Shown: positions 12,774-25,131 of the stretch, piece by piece
Numbering within the stretch: position 1 is the stretch's first letter
Layout: the number at the start of each line of letters is the position of its first letter
From: Phoronis australis
Lineage: Eukaryota > Animalia > Phoronida
Assembly: GCA_002633005.1 (NCBI GenBank)
Contig: NMRA01000302.1
Span: forward strand, 489,628 to 539,640
Direction: 5' to 3'
Length of the DNA: 50,013 nucleotides
Position numbers and translations under genes: made by a program
The notes under the pieces: model-generated
The model's database searches: none
What the model saw: the letters and a program-made list of their open reading frames with translations, nothing else
What the model was told of the DNA's origin: nothing

Positions 12774-13515
12774 CTTATTCTTCTTATTCTTATTCTTCTT
12801 CCGACCAACTTTGAGGCTTAATAACTCCAAATTGGGTGCAGGTACGGTCTTTAAATTCAGCATATGAGTTTTGACAATATATAAATTTTGATTGGTTATA
12901 TAATCATATTCCATATTGCACATGAAGAGGTCGTTTGGTGCAAAGGTCATAGAATTTTCAAAATGCTACTCCTCCTTCAGTTTTAAAGCTATCTTTTTCA
13001 AATTCGGTGCAAAGGTATCAATCAACATGACAATTTAAAAATTACTTTTCTAAGTAATCGGGTCATCCAATCAGGTGAAATAGGTAAAAGGTCATCAGAT
13101 GCAAACTAAAATTTTGAGCTAGAGACTTCAAAATTACATATCTGTTTACTAAGTGCGATTGAGTTTGAATTATAAATTTTCAGGTCATTTGGTGCACCCA
13201 TGGGATCATTAGGTGCATTTTTCTTCTGAAAGTTTGACCAATTCATTCATCTTGTATTCTGAAGTGCTTAAAGTACAACATCTGTGATTTTTAGCATTAA
13301 CCACACTTTTAATCGAGTTAACAATTACTCCCTCATCGGGGCTCATAACGCAGCGGAAGAGGTCAATTAGTGGAAAGGTCATCAAAAAATTAATGTGTAA
13401 TTTCTCCTACAATTTTAAAGAATTCTTTTTCATATTGGTAAATGGGTTGCTGTCAGTAACTTTCCGCACGCGCAGAGTCCGTTATTGTCACGCCGTGACA
13501 ATAATCTTTCTAGTT
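12774..13515 (+). mobile_element. HINE copy 3, begins in the microsatellite, 1 internal unit
   Basis: Starts cttattcttcttattc...ccgaccaact directly after the end of copy 2 and ends cacgcgcagagt-hairpin-CTAGTT at 13510-13515. Confidence 0.85.
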
Positions 13516-14203
13516 TGTATCTACCGGTCCATGATTGAATTCGTAAGCCCTGCCGGAAGTACCGCATAAAGAGCCTTGCTTGTTATTTTATTCTTATACC
13601 AGGGTTCAGGCCAAAAAGTAAATTGGTTCTTTCTGTGTTTTTAGTGGCTCACTTTTTCAAAAAAGAAAATCTACATGCAGAATTGATCAGATAGGTGATT
13701 TGTTTTTTACTCATCGCCTTGCAATCGATCGTGGCTCTCCAAACCTTCCTTACGCGCCTGTGTGCAGCTTTAAAAACGTGAGACTTTGACAGAAATTGAT
13801 TCAAGTGGGCGGGCGTTTTTCTGTTGTTTTAATCGGTCAGCGTAGGTTTTAAAATGAACCGATTCACGTTTTATGTCTAGAGTATGACCTGCATAGTAGG
13901 CCTATAATAGACAATACTCGAATGTATAGTTCGGAGAATGTCTCACTGATGATACAGTCTCCCTTTTATCCTACGTTTTAACATCGTCATGTCTCTCGGG
14001 ACTCTATGTCATCAGTGACCCAGAGATAAGAGGGATATTCAGAGAGTTTGAGAAATGTAGACAGAAATTTACAAATAACTTCCGCCGTGCCGTGTTTAAC
14101 GGTACTTGTAACAGAGCCCAGTTGCATTAAAGTTATACGCCGTAGAGCAACAATGACGTCCTATCATCACGCGTCATGCTGTCATTGTAGAACAAAACAC
14201 CTA

Positions 14204-14604
14204 GGCCCGGTCTCCAATCTTTTTACTCGAAATGGAACTCGAAATTAGGTTTGGCATTTTCTACTCTACTTTTGGGCGAACTCAAGATAAGTGTCTATTA
14301 TTCTATGCTCGAGTACACAATAACTTACGTAGTTAATTTATTGCCCTTAGTTCACAGTTTGTAAACCCAATATTAAAGCATTAAGTTCGAGTTTGAACTC
14401 GAAATTTCGAGTTTTTACTCGAGTTTGTAGCACGAATATAATTGTCTTCAGGGGCAAACTTGAACTAGAAACTCCTATGCATAAACTATAATGTATTCCA
14501 GCACAGTCTTATAACCAATTATCTTAAATTTGCACAAAAGGAGCAGAGAAATTGCCAAAAATAGTTTCGAGTTCGTTTCGAGTACAAAGATTAGAGACCG
14601 GGCC
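14204..14604. mobile_element. PIF/Harbinger-type MITE
   Basis: Imperfect ~40-bp TIRs ggcccggtctccaatcttt..tactcgaaa / tttcgagtacaaagattagagaccgggcc, flanked by CTA and CTG (CWG-like target), with left flank aaaacac. Confidence 0.75.
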
Positions 14605-15018
14605 CTGATGTCATGCAACAATCAAACTTATCTAGCGGATATAATTTTGAAGTTTTATGCAATCCAGCCCAGATCTATAAATGTATATCAACTCACATTT
14701 CCTGAGATACGGTCATGCGCTTAACGACAGAATTTGTAACAGATATTAAAGTGTAATTTGCAAGGTCCAAGCATGTTAAATTGCAATAATATCTTCAAGG
14801 TATTGCTATTTGGATGTATTTTATTCAAATCATCGTATTATTGTATCTTTAGTTATTTTAAAAAAGAGAAAATTAGAAAATGCGCGAAAAGTTGACCTTT
14901 GACACCGTGACATGGTGTTGGGGAACACAAACCAGATCATATCCCACAATGCAGTTCACTGCTATTATATCACAGTACACGAAGAACAAAGACCGTTCAA
15001 TCTTGGCGTGTTTTAGCC

Positions 15019-15264
15019 ATGGTGCATCGGTGTGTGTGTGCTAACTATTTTAACACCACCCAGGTGGAAGGCATGAGCCCATTTAAATTCTAAAAAGACA
15101 AGCATCTGGCTGCGTAATGGCAGGTTTTCGTGTACTCTGCACGTCTTTTGAAAATGACTGTTGAGTCAGCCATCTGTCGGAGCCGAAATATGCTCCGACC
15201 ATTTTGAGGACGGCTGCTTTGACGACAAACACATCATGAAGGTTGAAGCTGGTCTTATAAAAAG
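15019..15264 (+). pseudogene. THAP zinc-finger exon, disrupted
   Basis: MVHRCVCANYFNTTQVEGMSPFKF*KDKHLAA*W... then, after a frameshift, ICSDHFEDGCF (THAP CSxHF motif). Ends at an AAG|GTAAGT donor. Confidence 0.75.
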
Positions 15265-16073
15265 GTAAGTTACCTTGAGAATTTTGATGTACAATAATTC
15301 ATGACGCTTTCGCAGGGCCCGAACAATAACAATATTTTTTCACAATCACCGTAGTTTTCAAGTGTTTAAAATCTGTTGTTTTTCCGTGAAAGATTTAGTT
15401 ATAAATGGATCAGTAAAACTAAAAGCCACAACAAATAAAGCTGATCTCAAAAGATGCATGTATTTTGAAAAGAATGAAGACTATGAATAAAGTAAAACAG
15501 GATGGTAACTCAATTCCAAGGTTTTGATTATTAAAGTAGTCTGTTTCAAAAAAAAACAGGATTAAAATCTAGTTTTGGCATTTGCTTGAAGGTTATAAAG
15601 GAAGGCGAAAACTTGCAATTATATATCATCGTGTTTTACTTTAATCATGAACAACTCTGGATTCAAATTTTTTTTTTACTTTTGAATTGCCGCTGTTGTG
15701 CTTTTCAGAGTATGTAAATGAAAGGAGAACACTTTCCACTTAGTGCGGAACAAAAGAGAAACTGGAGATCTTGAAATTCGCTTAGAAATTTATGCCCCTC
15801 CAATGCCGACTGCTGGTGCTCAAGATGTGTCCAAGGAGGATGCCGTGGCACAGATAAATTCAGACTTGGTGCTTTGTCAATGGACAGCACTGGAATTTCT
15901 TTCCGTCACATATTTAACAGTCACTACCAATGTTTCAGATCAAATTTTTGATAGTGGTGCAGATAGCAATGCCAGAGTGTTTATAGTACCAGTAGTGGAA
16001 ATTGTGAAAAGCTTTTGTGTGTGGTATTTTGCTGTCCCATTTGTATAGATAAACCCAGTGATATACCATGTTC

Positions 16074-16220
16074 TAGTGGCAGATTTAGAGGGGGGCCATG
16101 CCCCCCTAAAATTCTCCCAGATTCCATTTGACTGTTTGGGGGTGCGAATGTCTGACCGGCAAAATCCTGGCTAATACCGTGCCCTGGCCCCCCTAACTCA
16201 AAAGCCTGAATCCGCATCTG
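16074..16220. mobile_element. Short hAT-like MITE
   Basis: Ends tagtggcagattt / aatccgcatctg resemble CAGTGGCGGAT-type TIRs, with G/C-run subterminal tracts. No TSD seen. Confidence 0.5.
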
Positions 16221-16589
16221 GAAACATTTCAATGGTTCTTCAATACAATGACTATAAATATTGCGGCATAGCTTTTTTAAGTATATTTGATTTGCATACA
16301 GAGGGTCGGTAAAGGAAGACTTTCTTAAGTGGGGGTGAAAAGGTACTTGTTTGGGTCGTCAGTCTTTTCGTGCGACAATCTCATCTAAATTGTACACAGA
16401 ATAATCACTTGCACAGAATTCGAACATTGTCTTGGGAATTTTTGAGTGAGTGGTATAAGCACTCACTCCAGAATTCCCAATTCCTACTCATGTGCATACT
16501 TTTTGTGTTTTCACACCATGTCATAGACATCTAAAGCTATTGCATACTGGAGTTTTTGGGTTGAGATTCAGTGATTTCTCATTGAATTA

Positions 16590-16729
16590 CAGTAGAACTC
16601 GATAAGTTGTATCCAGTGAGACTGAGATATTTCATCAAAGTTAGAGTTATTTGGAGGCGTTACTGCGGAATTAATGCTAACCTTTCTAAAGTTCCCACTG
16701 AAGCGCTACCAATTTAGAGAGTTCTACTG
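16590..16729. mobile_element. Tc1/mariner (pogo/Tigger-type) MITE
   Basis: Perfect 11-bp TIR cagtagaactc / gagttctactg flanked by TA on both sides. Confidence 0.75.
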
Positions 16730-17267
16730 TATAAGAAGAGGGCAGAAGATTCAGTCTCGACTTCAGACTATGGCCCAGATTTTTTATGTAACAGCCATAC
16801 TGTTCAATGTGTTCGCTTCAAGCACACAAACTGGGCTCCAATGAGACAAATTCCTCTGTTTACCTAGGTAAACCATAAGTTTAACTGATGTTGAGTTTAG
16901 AGGTTTATAATGTAGTCCTAGTTAAATTACACTTGTCATGACCATGTTATCATAAGTAACCAGATTGATGAGCATCAATAAATGCTGCTCGCTGTGTTAA
17001 TTATTTACCATTCTGAAACCACAGAAGTCTATTCATGGAATGCCTACTTCAATTTCATGCCGCTGAGGTTGCACTGCGATTGCATTCGTTTATTACGATG
17101 TTTGATCTTTCTATGGAATTTGTCACTACAACTTTTTGCAACTCGTTTGAATTACATAAAACTAGTCCCCGAGTCACAAGTTTTTATAACAGAATACATA
17201 GGTCATGTGGAGGAGTTGGCATTCCAGGGCTAAGACAACTGTTGATATCTATAAATGGGTGAAACTT

Positions 17268-17663
17268 TTAAGAAAATCCTTGGAACTCAAAGTCTTCCTC
17301 ATTTCCTGGCGGAGGGTAGAAAGCTCTGATGCAGGCTACTGCGCATGCTGGAATGACAACACGGACTGTTCGTCCTAAGTGACCGTGTACCCATCTTTGG
17401 AACTGTCTGTAGGCCACGTGTCAAATCCTTTTATCCAAGGGTCTGTCATAGCCATCAGGATATTGGCTTTTGTACTGCAACCATGCAGTCTCCAAAACAC
17501 CACGATTGATGTATACAGGTTTAAACCCCCATGCTCTACAATACTTCTGTGTTAGTTGTCACGCTTCATTTCTTCATCAAGTTTTGCAACAACCTTGTCA
17601 ACCTCTTGGCAACATACTCTTTCTTCAACAACTGAGGTTGTCTGACAGTTGCCCCAGGTGCAC
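17268..17663 (-). pseudogene. P2X7 C-terminal-like cysteine-rich transposon accessory gene, disrupted
   Basis: After a cttgcag acceptor: CTWGNCQTTSVVEERVCCQE... and HVAYRQFQRWVHGHLGRTVRVVIPACAVACIRAFYP...FQGF. Contains two stops and a frameshift. Confidence 0.85.
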
Positions 17664-18314
17664 CTGCAAGATGTGTCAACAATAATACACTATTTCAGTA
17701 AACATCAAAATTTCGAATTGAAAAATTTACCAAGAGTGCCTCTACCAAATTGAGGGGTCTACATACGACTTCAGTTTTCAGGAAAATTGGTTGGAACATC
17801 ACAACCTAATTATTTTTTGCACAAATTGATCATATATAGTAAAGATATTTACTTTTCATACAAATGAATAGTGCTACACCCAAGGCAGTGGTAGATCATG
17901 CCCGGGGGATATAGTAATGGACATTAGTTGTCTGATTTTTTAGCTGACCCTAAGACAAAAGGTAGTTGCCTTGATTCATTGATGGAGGGAACTGTTTTGT
18001 ATGTAGTCGTGAGACCTGTTCTCCCAATCTGAGTCCTATCGGCACCCACATACCATTAATCAAACTAGACAATGACAATAAGGCAAACCAACTTGAAAAG
18101 CAGCGTTGCCACTCAAAGGGTCGCCCATATTTTAAATATTACAGTATACATTAAAACTTCTTGATATGCTATATGGGCAATCACCAATCCAATGGTATGC
18201 TCTCTTTACTCTATAGAAACTTTACCAGGCGGTTCCTGCCCAAGTCGACTCGTAACCAAGCCATGTACCATATTTCATTTATAAATAATGGCAACATTGG
18301 TCAATGTACATCGA

Positions 18315-19212
18315 TGTCAGATGTTGACTGTGGGTTTGTTTAAAAGGTAGCTATGCTTTGAGGTTGTGCGTAGATGGAGAGTGAATAATCAAATCCAGTA
18401 ATTAATTTATTATATGACAACACCTAATTAGACAAGTGAAACCTATTGTTAATTAAGTAATTAACTACAAAGAGTAACTACGCTAGCGCCCTCTTTAAAG
18501 ATTACTTTAATCAAACAACCAAAACAATCAAATGTTTTATCTGCTATCCAAGCTAGAACTCTCCACATGTTGGATGTCTGTCCTGTTGGTGGATTTTCGA
18601 ACTACACACACACTGTATAGCGACAGTGTACGTGCTGGTCACCGTCTCTGGTGATGCAACACTTGCAGGCAATTTCTTCTACCCGCGACTCTTCTTGCTG
18701 GTCACAGTCTCTGGCTGATGACGCTACACTTCAGGTAGTATCTTACTACCCACAATGCAAGTGACAAGCTCTTAGTTAACTTCCTGTTCGTTAACCCTTG
18801 CCCTTGCCAAGATCCTTTCTAGAATCTTCCACGAGATGGCTCTGTCGTACAGTTGCTTATGTACACTGTAGCAAGTCCTTATGCTTCAACTACTATAGCG
18901 CATCTAATTATCTAGTTGATTTCAGCCCATAATATAACATTCTACTTATTTAGTGATTGGCTAATAAAAATCACATGATCATATCCACTCGTATTATTAG
19001 CTATTACAATTTGTTCTCAGAATATTCTAGAATCTCTAGAGTACTTTGACCCCAGAACCCAAAGTTGTAAACACCATCTAAAAATAGATTTTGACGTTAA
19101 AATACATGTCAACAAGTCTGACCCCATGATTTAAAACTACATATGCACAAATTTTGGGCAACTTAAAATGGATATATTCTTGCTAATTACTTAATCAATA
19201 TTTATTCTGACA
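18315..19212 (-). mobile_element. Putative 3' LTR (~898 bp) of the Gmr1-like element
   Basis: On - it starts TGTCAGA right after a purine tract (gacgagggg) downstream of the pol stop, and ends TCTGACA (7-bp inverted termini). AATAAA lies ~90 nt from the end. The partner LTR is absent, so the distal boundary is inferred. Confidence 0.65.
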
Positions 19213-19297
19213 AATAAGCCCCTCGTCAAGAAAATACTTCTTAAGTTTTTCTCAACATGGAAGACTTAAATATTGATTACCCAGTTTCCTTGAATCT

Positions 19298-21229
19298 TCA
19301 ATACTCTAACCTACTCAGGTAATCGGCACCAACAGTCTCTGAGCCTTTGATAGCTTCAACCTTAAATCGATAGTTTTGCAAAAACAAGGCCCACCTCATG
19401 ATGCGTCCATTGACTAACTTAGTTTTTTTAATGTAAGCCAGGGGTATGAATGATAAATTCTGTACCATACAAGTACTTCGCAAATTTTCTGATGGCAAAT
19501 ACAATAGCCAAACATTCCCTCTCTATGACAGAGTAATTCCGTTCCCGAGGTACCAATTTCTTACTAGCACATGCTACTGGGAACCTGCCATCATCATACT
19601 CCTGCAACAAAATACAGCCTATTCCAATATCTGACGCATCAGTCTGAACAATAAAAGGTTTACTGAAATCAGGTAATCTCAGTATGGGTGCTTTCGTCAG
19701 CAGGTCTCGAAGAGTGTCGAATGCATGCTGCTGAGCTTCTTCCCATTGCACGGTGTTAGGCTGTTTCTTCTTCGTGAGCTCAGTAAGCGGGACGGCGATT
19801 TCAGCGAAGTTTGGGATGAACTTCCTGTAGTAGCCAGCCAACCCAAGAAAAGAACGAACTTGTTTCTTCGTTCTGGGTCGTGGTGCATCTCGGATGCGTC
19901 CCAGCTTTTCTTCATCTATTGCCAGGTGCCCTTCACCGACCACATGTCCAACGAAATCGACGGAACGAGATCCAACCGAACACTTGGTGGGTCGAATCGT
20001 TAGTCCAGCTTCTCGCACACATTGGAAGGTGTCTCGCAAGGTGGCAAGGTGTTCAGTCCAGGTCTTATTATGGCACAGAATGTCATCCACATAATGTTCT
20101 GTATTATGTGCTCCTGCCAACGTCTTCCTCACCATGCAGTTGAAGGTCGCTGCCGAATTTGCCAGACCGAATGGCATCTTTTTAAACTTGTAGCAACCAT
20201 TTGGTCTTAGGCCGTGATTCTTCGGCGACAATGACTTGCCAGTACCCTTTACTTAGATCAATCTTTGTAAAATACTGGTCTTTACTGATCTTAGCCATGA
20301 TGTCATCAGGATTGCCCATCGGTTCCGAGTCGAACTTGGTGATGGCGTTCAAACGACGAAAATCGATGCAAAATCGATTTGAACCGTCCTTCTTCTTCAC
20401 TAAGACCACCGGAGAGTTATAGGGAGCATCAGATGGTTCTACGACTCCACACTTTAACATGTTGTCAATTTCCTCCTGCACAACCGACCCTGGGCATATG
20501 GCAGGGGATATGGCTTGACTCTCACCGGCTCTTCAATGATGGTCTCAATCTTGTGCTCAACCAGATGGGTTGTACCTGGTACTTCACCAAAGATGTCAGA
20601 GTACTCTTCTAGCAGACTTATCACCTCCCTTTGTTGACTAGTAGTGAGCTCGTCCGATATCTTGACATCTTTGTACGTTTCTTTTTGGTTTGTCGATCTC
20701 AGCTCTAGTAAATGTTCATCAACGACAACACCAATTTCATTGTCCATTTCAGGCTGCCGTACAGCTATGGCCGCAATGTCAGAATTCTGATCTGCATCAT
20801 CTTTACTTGCAGCCCCACTTTGGTCACGAGATACGTAGAGTTTCAAAAGGTTGGCATGGTACGTCTTGATGTTTCCACCAACCCTTACTCGGTAGTCTAT
20901 TTTGTTGAGTACCTCGGTCACTTCATAGGGACCCCTCCACTGCAGTAGCAGCTTGTTACTGTCAGTTGGTAACAATATTAAGACTCGGTCTCCTACTTTG
21001 AAAAGACGATCTCGTGTCTTTTTGTCATAATGGTGCTTGTATGCTTCACCAGTATTTCGTAAGTTTTCCCGCACCAGTTCACATGTCTCTTCCAGACGAT
21101 GTCGCAAGTCGAGGACATACTCATAAGTATTCCGTACGTCTGGTGCTTCATTGCCAGTCCACAACTCTTTAAGCACCTGCATTGGCCCTCGCACGGTTCT
21201 ACCATGCAACAGTTCCAATGGCGAGAAAC
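19298..21229 (-). mobile_element. Gmr1-type Ty3/Gypsy LTR retrotransposon pol (IN C-terminus - RT - RNase H), frameshifted, 5' part lost at N 21230
   Basis: FSPLELLHGR...FKVGDRVLILLP...KLLLQWRGPYEV (integrase GPY/F tail) precedes RT (YNSPVVLVKKKDG, RFCIDFRRLN, DLSKGYWQ, MPFGL, YVDD) and RNase H (TDASDIG, YSVIERECLAIV, GADYLSR*). Three frameshifts. Confidence 0.92.
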
Positions 21230-21608
21230 NGCTGTACTCACTTGGACACACATTGCTTCCTTTGTGTTCCCCAACACCACGTCACAGATGTGTAACGAAC
21301 GAAAATGCCGTTTCTATTCTCCGTTACAACGATGGCGTTACAACACCACCGCACTGAATATATAAATAACTTTGTATAGCGGCGTACAATTCAGTTAATG
21401 TTAAGAATATAGCAATGATAATTATAAACTAGAATTTAGACCATATTGTTGTTCAGATTGGTTTGGACCATGCAATTTCCTCTTTAATGTCATGTACGCA
21501 GTCTGACATGAGTAAAAATGTCACAATGCTCACTTCATATGTTAACTTGTATTTTTTGCCGAATCTCGGAATTCAAGATGGTTCTAGATAAGCACTTATA
21601 AGACGCAA

Positions 21609-24600
21609 CAGGTCCGTAACCAGGGGGGGTTCGGAGGGTTCGATCGAACCCCCCGGCCCCCCACGGAAAAGGTCCAGCCCCAGCCTCTTCGTTAAAGCTA
21701 GGATATAGATGGACAACAACAATAAAATTGTTGTTGCTACTCGTACTACTAACTACCATGATAACCAAGTTAGTAGACAAATGAATTTGAGCTGATTAAG
21801 TGCTTCACGTAATCATCGTGGCGTAGGCTACCCGGCCAACTTCGCCCGAATGGTGAACTGGCGTGGATGACAGCAGCGTGCAGACGACTGAGATAAATAC
21901 AACTATATATATAGGTCATTGGTGCAGACGATTAGAGGAGACTTTATGTTTAATTCGTGGACATTGAATGCACGTGGTAGCTACACCAAAGTGTAACCAA
22001 AAAAGTGTAGAAGTAAATGTCTGTGACTAGCTAAGCTATATAGCAGCGAGAGAGCTCCCAAATGATCACAAAAAGTATAGTGCGGCGACCAAAAACAAAA
22101 CAGCAGGGAACAGATTTGTCGTCTGCTGTTTTGGTATACTTGATAGCATAGTACGATAACGTGCAGACACTTTCAAATTTCAAATTGAAAGTGATCCTCA
22201 AATATTTTGTTCATCTAGTGTCCACTTTGATTGTGGATCGGTGGATTGACATGCATGCGTGTTCGCTTGTGTGTGCGCTTCCTTTCTCTTTAAATTCAGT
22301 AGGCCTACACGTCGACGGTAAGTTCACTATTGGCAGTCCTCCTTCGTTGCTCAAAAATCTGACATTAACTACCGTGTTTTCTTTCACTGAGAAATCCCCG
22401 ACAAGCATGTTTATATTATAAGGGAAAGGTAGCTCTAGACCTAATAAAATCTTTGGTCAATGATTAAAGTCTTCTCTTGTCAATCAATGTCAATGGTGCA
22501 CAGCCTCGCAGGCTTCATACGAGCAACAAACTTTATTGAGAATGTTTCCAAGGTTACGTGCCACTATTCAAAGGGTTCACTACTCCGAAGGTTCGCTACC
22601 GTCGAAAGTTCCTTACTTCAAATGTTCGCAATTCCGAAACCAGAATTCCGACAGTTCATTACTCTGATTGTCTGCTAATGAGTAGGAACTGACATGAATA
22701 AAGCTTTATATTTGTGTCCATTTAGTAACCATTTAAAGGGTGTGCAAGAGTTGAATAGTTATTAAAACATTGATTACATTGTTTACAAATTACTGCCAAA
22801 CGTGATTCTCCAAATCTAAGTAACGACTCATTCTGGGACAACATCTAGGGAGCGGGTCAGGGCTGTGGCGACCAACGGTGGTTTTAAATTCCATAAAACT
22901 GAATGAGACTCTCTGACTTTGTGAAGACTGACAGAGACAAGGTAGCCTACTAACTACATTTAGTTTCGGTAAAGCCATGCGCCTGGCTCTGGTGAGTAAG
23001 GTTGAGGCGCAGTGGCCCTAAACCTTACAGTCACGCTGTGGAATGATGAGACCTTGACGTGGATTTGATAAATGTATCGTGGTTGATGATTCATCAAATA
23101 TTCCTACTTCATTGTCTTTTAGAAATGCAAGTACGAACTCATTTTTCCGTATTCTTAAGGCATGTGGCAATTTCGCATGCGCATGTAATCCAAATAAAGT
23201 GTTTAACTACCCGGGCGTTGTTTTCGGTATAACTACAACACTGAGCGCATCTAATAACCGAAGTGTAGTTTATTTTTGCATGCAAAAGTATAAAAATTAC
23301 ACCTGGGTCCAAAATTTTAGATATTTTAGGAGTGAGTGAACCTTCGGAGTAGTGAACCTTCGAAGTAGTGAATCTCCAGAATAGCGGGCTGTTCCCATCT
23401 CCAGCGATGTAAGCATGTAAGTGACACGCAAATATACAATTACGTCATGTTATTCCCCGACTAAATATTTCCTTCCGAGTATGTTATGATGTGTAATCAC
23501 TCATTTATGAGCACGCTTGATTTGAAAATTTGGCAAAAGTGTCGCGCGTAATCACGCTCGTAATCAAGATTTCGCTCGTGTTTTAAGATCGAAATCGTTC
23601 GCCCATAATTACGCTCGTGATCACGGCCGAGACTTCGCTCGTGTTTTAAGATCGAAATCGTTCGCCCATAATTACGCTCGTGACACCGGCCGAGACTTTG
23701 CTCGGGTTTTAAGATCGAAATCGTTCGCCCATGATTATGCTCGTGATTACGACCATCATTTCGCTCGTGTTTTACGAGCGCAATCGTTCACCCGTAATTA
23801 CGAGCGTAATTACGACCGAGACTTCGCTCGTGTTTTACGACCGAAAACAAATAACAAATTGGTTTGAAAGTCACGTGAGCAGTCTAAAGAAGTTTTACGC
23901 TCGTATTTTTCGCTTGTATTTTTCGCTCGTAATTTTAGCAAGTATAATCAATATATTTAAGTACGAGTCCACGAGACTACCAGCCATTAAATTAATACGC
24001 AGTTGACATTGTTTTTGTTATGCAAATGGTTTGTTATTCAAATGTCTGAGTGATTTACCACCAACATTTAGAAATTCTACTACATAACCCCCTAAACACG
24101 TTTTGAACCAATGTTTTTGCGATGTCATAAGTCACCTGCACGCATTGTTAAGAGTAATAGAACGAAACTTTGCCTAAATAATTGAAAAAGCATGGTTATT
24201 TTAACAAATGATATAAAAGCATTGTCAGACAACCTGCTAGATATACATTTTGGCGATGTACTAAAACCAAGCCAATGGTTACGGCAGCAAGTAAAAGTCT
24301 TTGATATTTTCAACCTTTTGCACTTACATACTTGCACCTGAGATTTTACTTTCTGAATACTTCATAACATGTGAAAAAATGCGAGCGTAAATTAACGAAA
24401 GTACATGTAAAACTACAAGCGAAAAATGTGATTGTAAAATAACCAGCGCACAACTGTTTCAGAGCTCACGTAACCAACAAACCAATTTCTCATTGGATAT
24501 AATGATTTCGGCCGTAATTACGCGCGACACTTTCACCCGTACGGCCAGCGATACATTCTGGGCCACATTACATCCGAATTTGAGCTGCGTTCTTTGCGAG

Positions 24601-24797
24601 TAATCGTTACGGCATCCTGATTTCTGGTATTTCAAATTTCGTCTTATCTCAGGAACGTATAGAGCTGAGAGCCCCCCTAATTAAGCTGCGTCATGGTCCT
24701 TATCGAGAACTCTACAGTGTCGACGTTTGCAAAATATCAAAGGTTCACCGTGCTATAAATTCGAACCACCCCCCGAGCTATGCTGGCTACGGGCCTG
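21609..24797 (+). mobile_element. ~3.2-kb non-autonomous hAT-like element
   Basis: Termini caggtccgtaaccag / ctggctacgggcctg (15-bp TIR, 2 mismatches) with subterminal ttcgaacc/G-C runs. The interior is repeated at 8815-10590. No 8-bp TSD visible. Confidence 0.65.
23537..24541. mobile_element. Nested TIR element with 63-bp minisatellite
   Basis: aaagtgtcgcgcgtaat.acg / cgtaattacgcgcgacacttt inverted ends. About 4 tandem 63-bp units (ttcgctcgtgttttaagatcgaaatcgttcgccc...) at 23571-23845. Absent from the paralogous site near 10330. Confidence 0.8.
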
Positions 24798-25131
24798 CGC
24801 ATTGGGTTGCCAATTATTAGCGTGTTTTGGACAAGTTGACATTTTAAACTGTGTTGCAGTTTGAGTAAAAAGTAGCCTGCAACTGTGTTAAGACCACGCA
24901 ACACTGGATTGTATGGTCACTAAAAACGTGAACTTTTTGATGTTTTTGTCCATCGGTAAGTCGCCTAACGGTAAAAATAAACTTGCGTACGATGAAGGAT
25001 CCAGTCAAAGCAACATATCCTTTGATTGACTAATTTATTTCAAAACTCCATTTTCATTTGAGAAGATCTGGCCTCACGCTGACATATCTGTTGAGCCTTT
25101 GAGTTTCATTTGACGAAGCTTAGTACTAGTT

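Larger units (their letters stand above)
14750..17700. mobile_element. Degenerate Kolobok-like DNA transposon (boundaries approximate)
   Basis: A THAP pseudo-exon on + converges with a P2X7-C-terminal-like pseudo-exon on -, the gene arrangement known for Kolobok elements. The transposase core is not recognisable and matching TIRs were not found. Confidence 0.6.

Noticed and set aside
6897-12950. Repeated short ORFs MTFAPNDLFRCNMEYDY... (6897-7160, 11573-11755, 12768-12950) as a peptide gene family
   Set aside because: They are antisense readings of the HINE body; the KKNKNK tail is the microsatellite.
17268-17663. Host P2X purinoceptor gene
   Set aside because: Only the Cys-rich intracellular-like module is present, with no channel domain; it is disrupted and in a transposon context.
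23571-23845. Regular 63-bp repeats as a CRISPR array
   Set aside because: No unique spacers, no cas genes, eukaryotic context; it is a minisatellite inside a TIR element.
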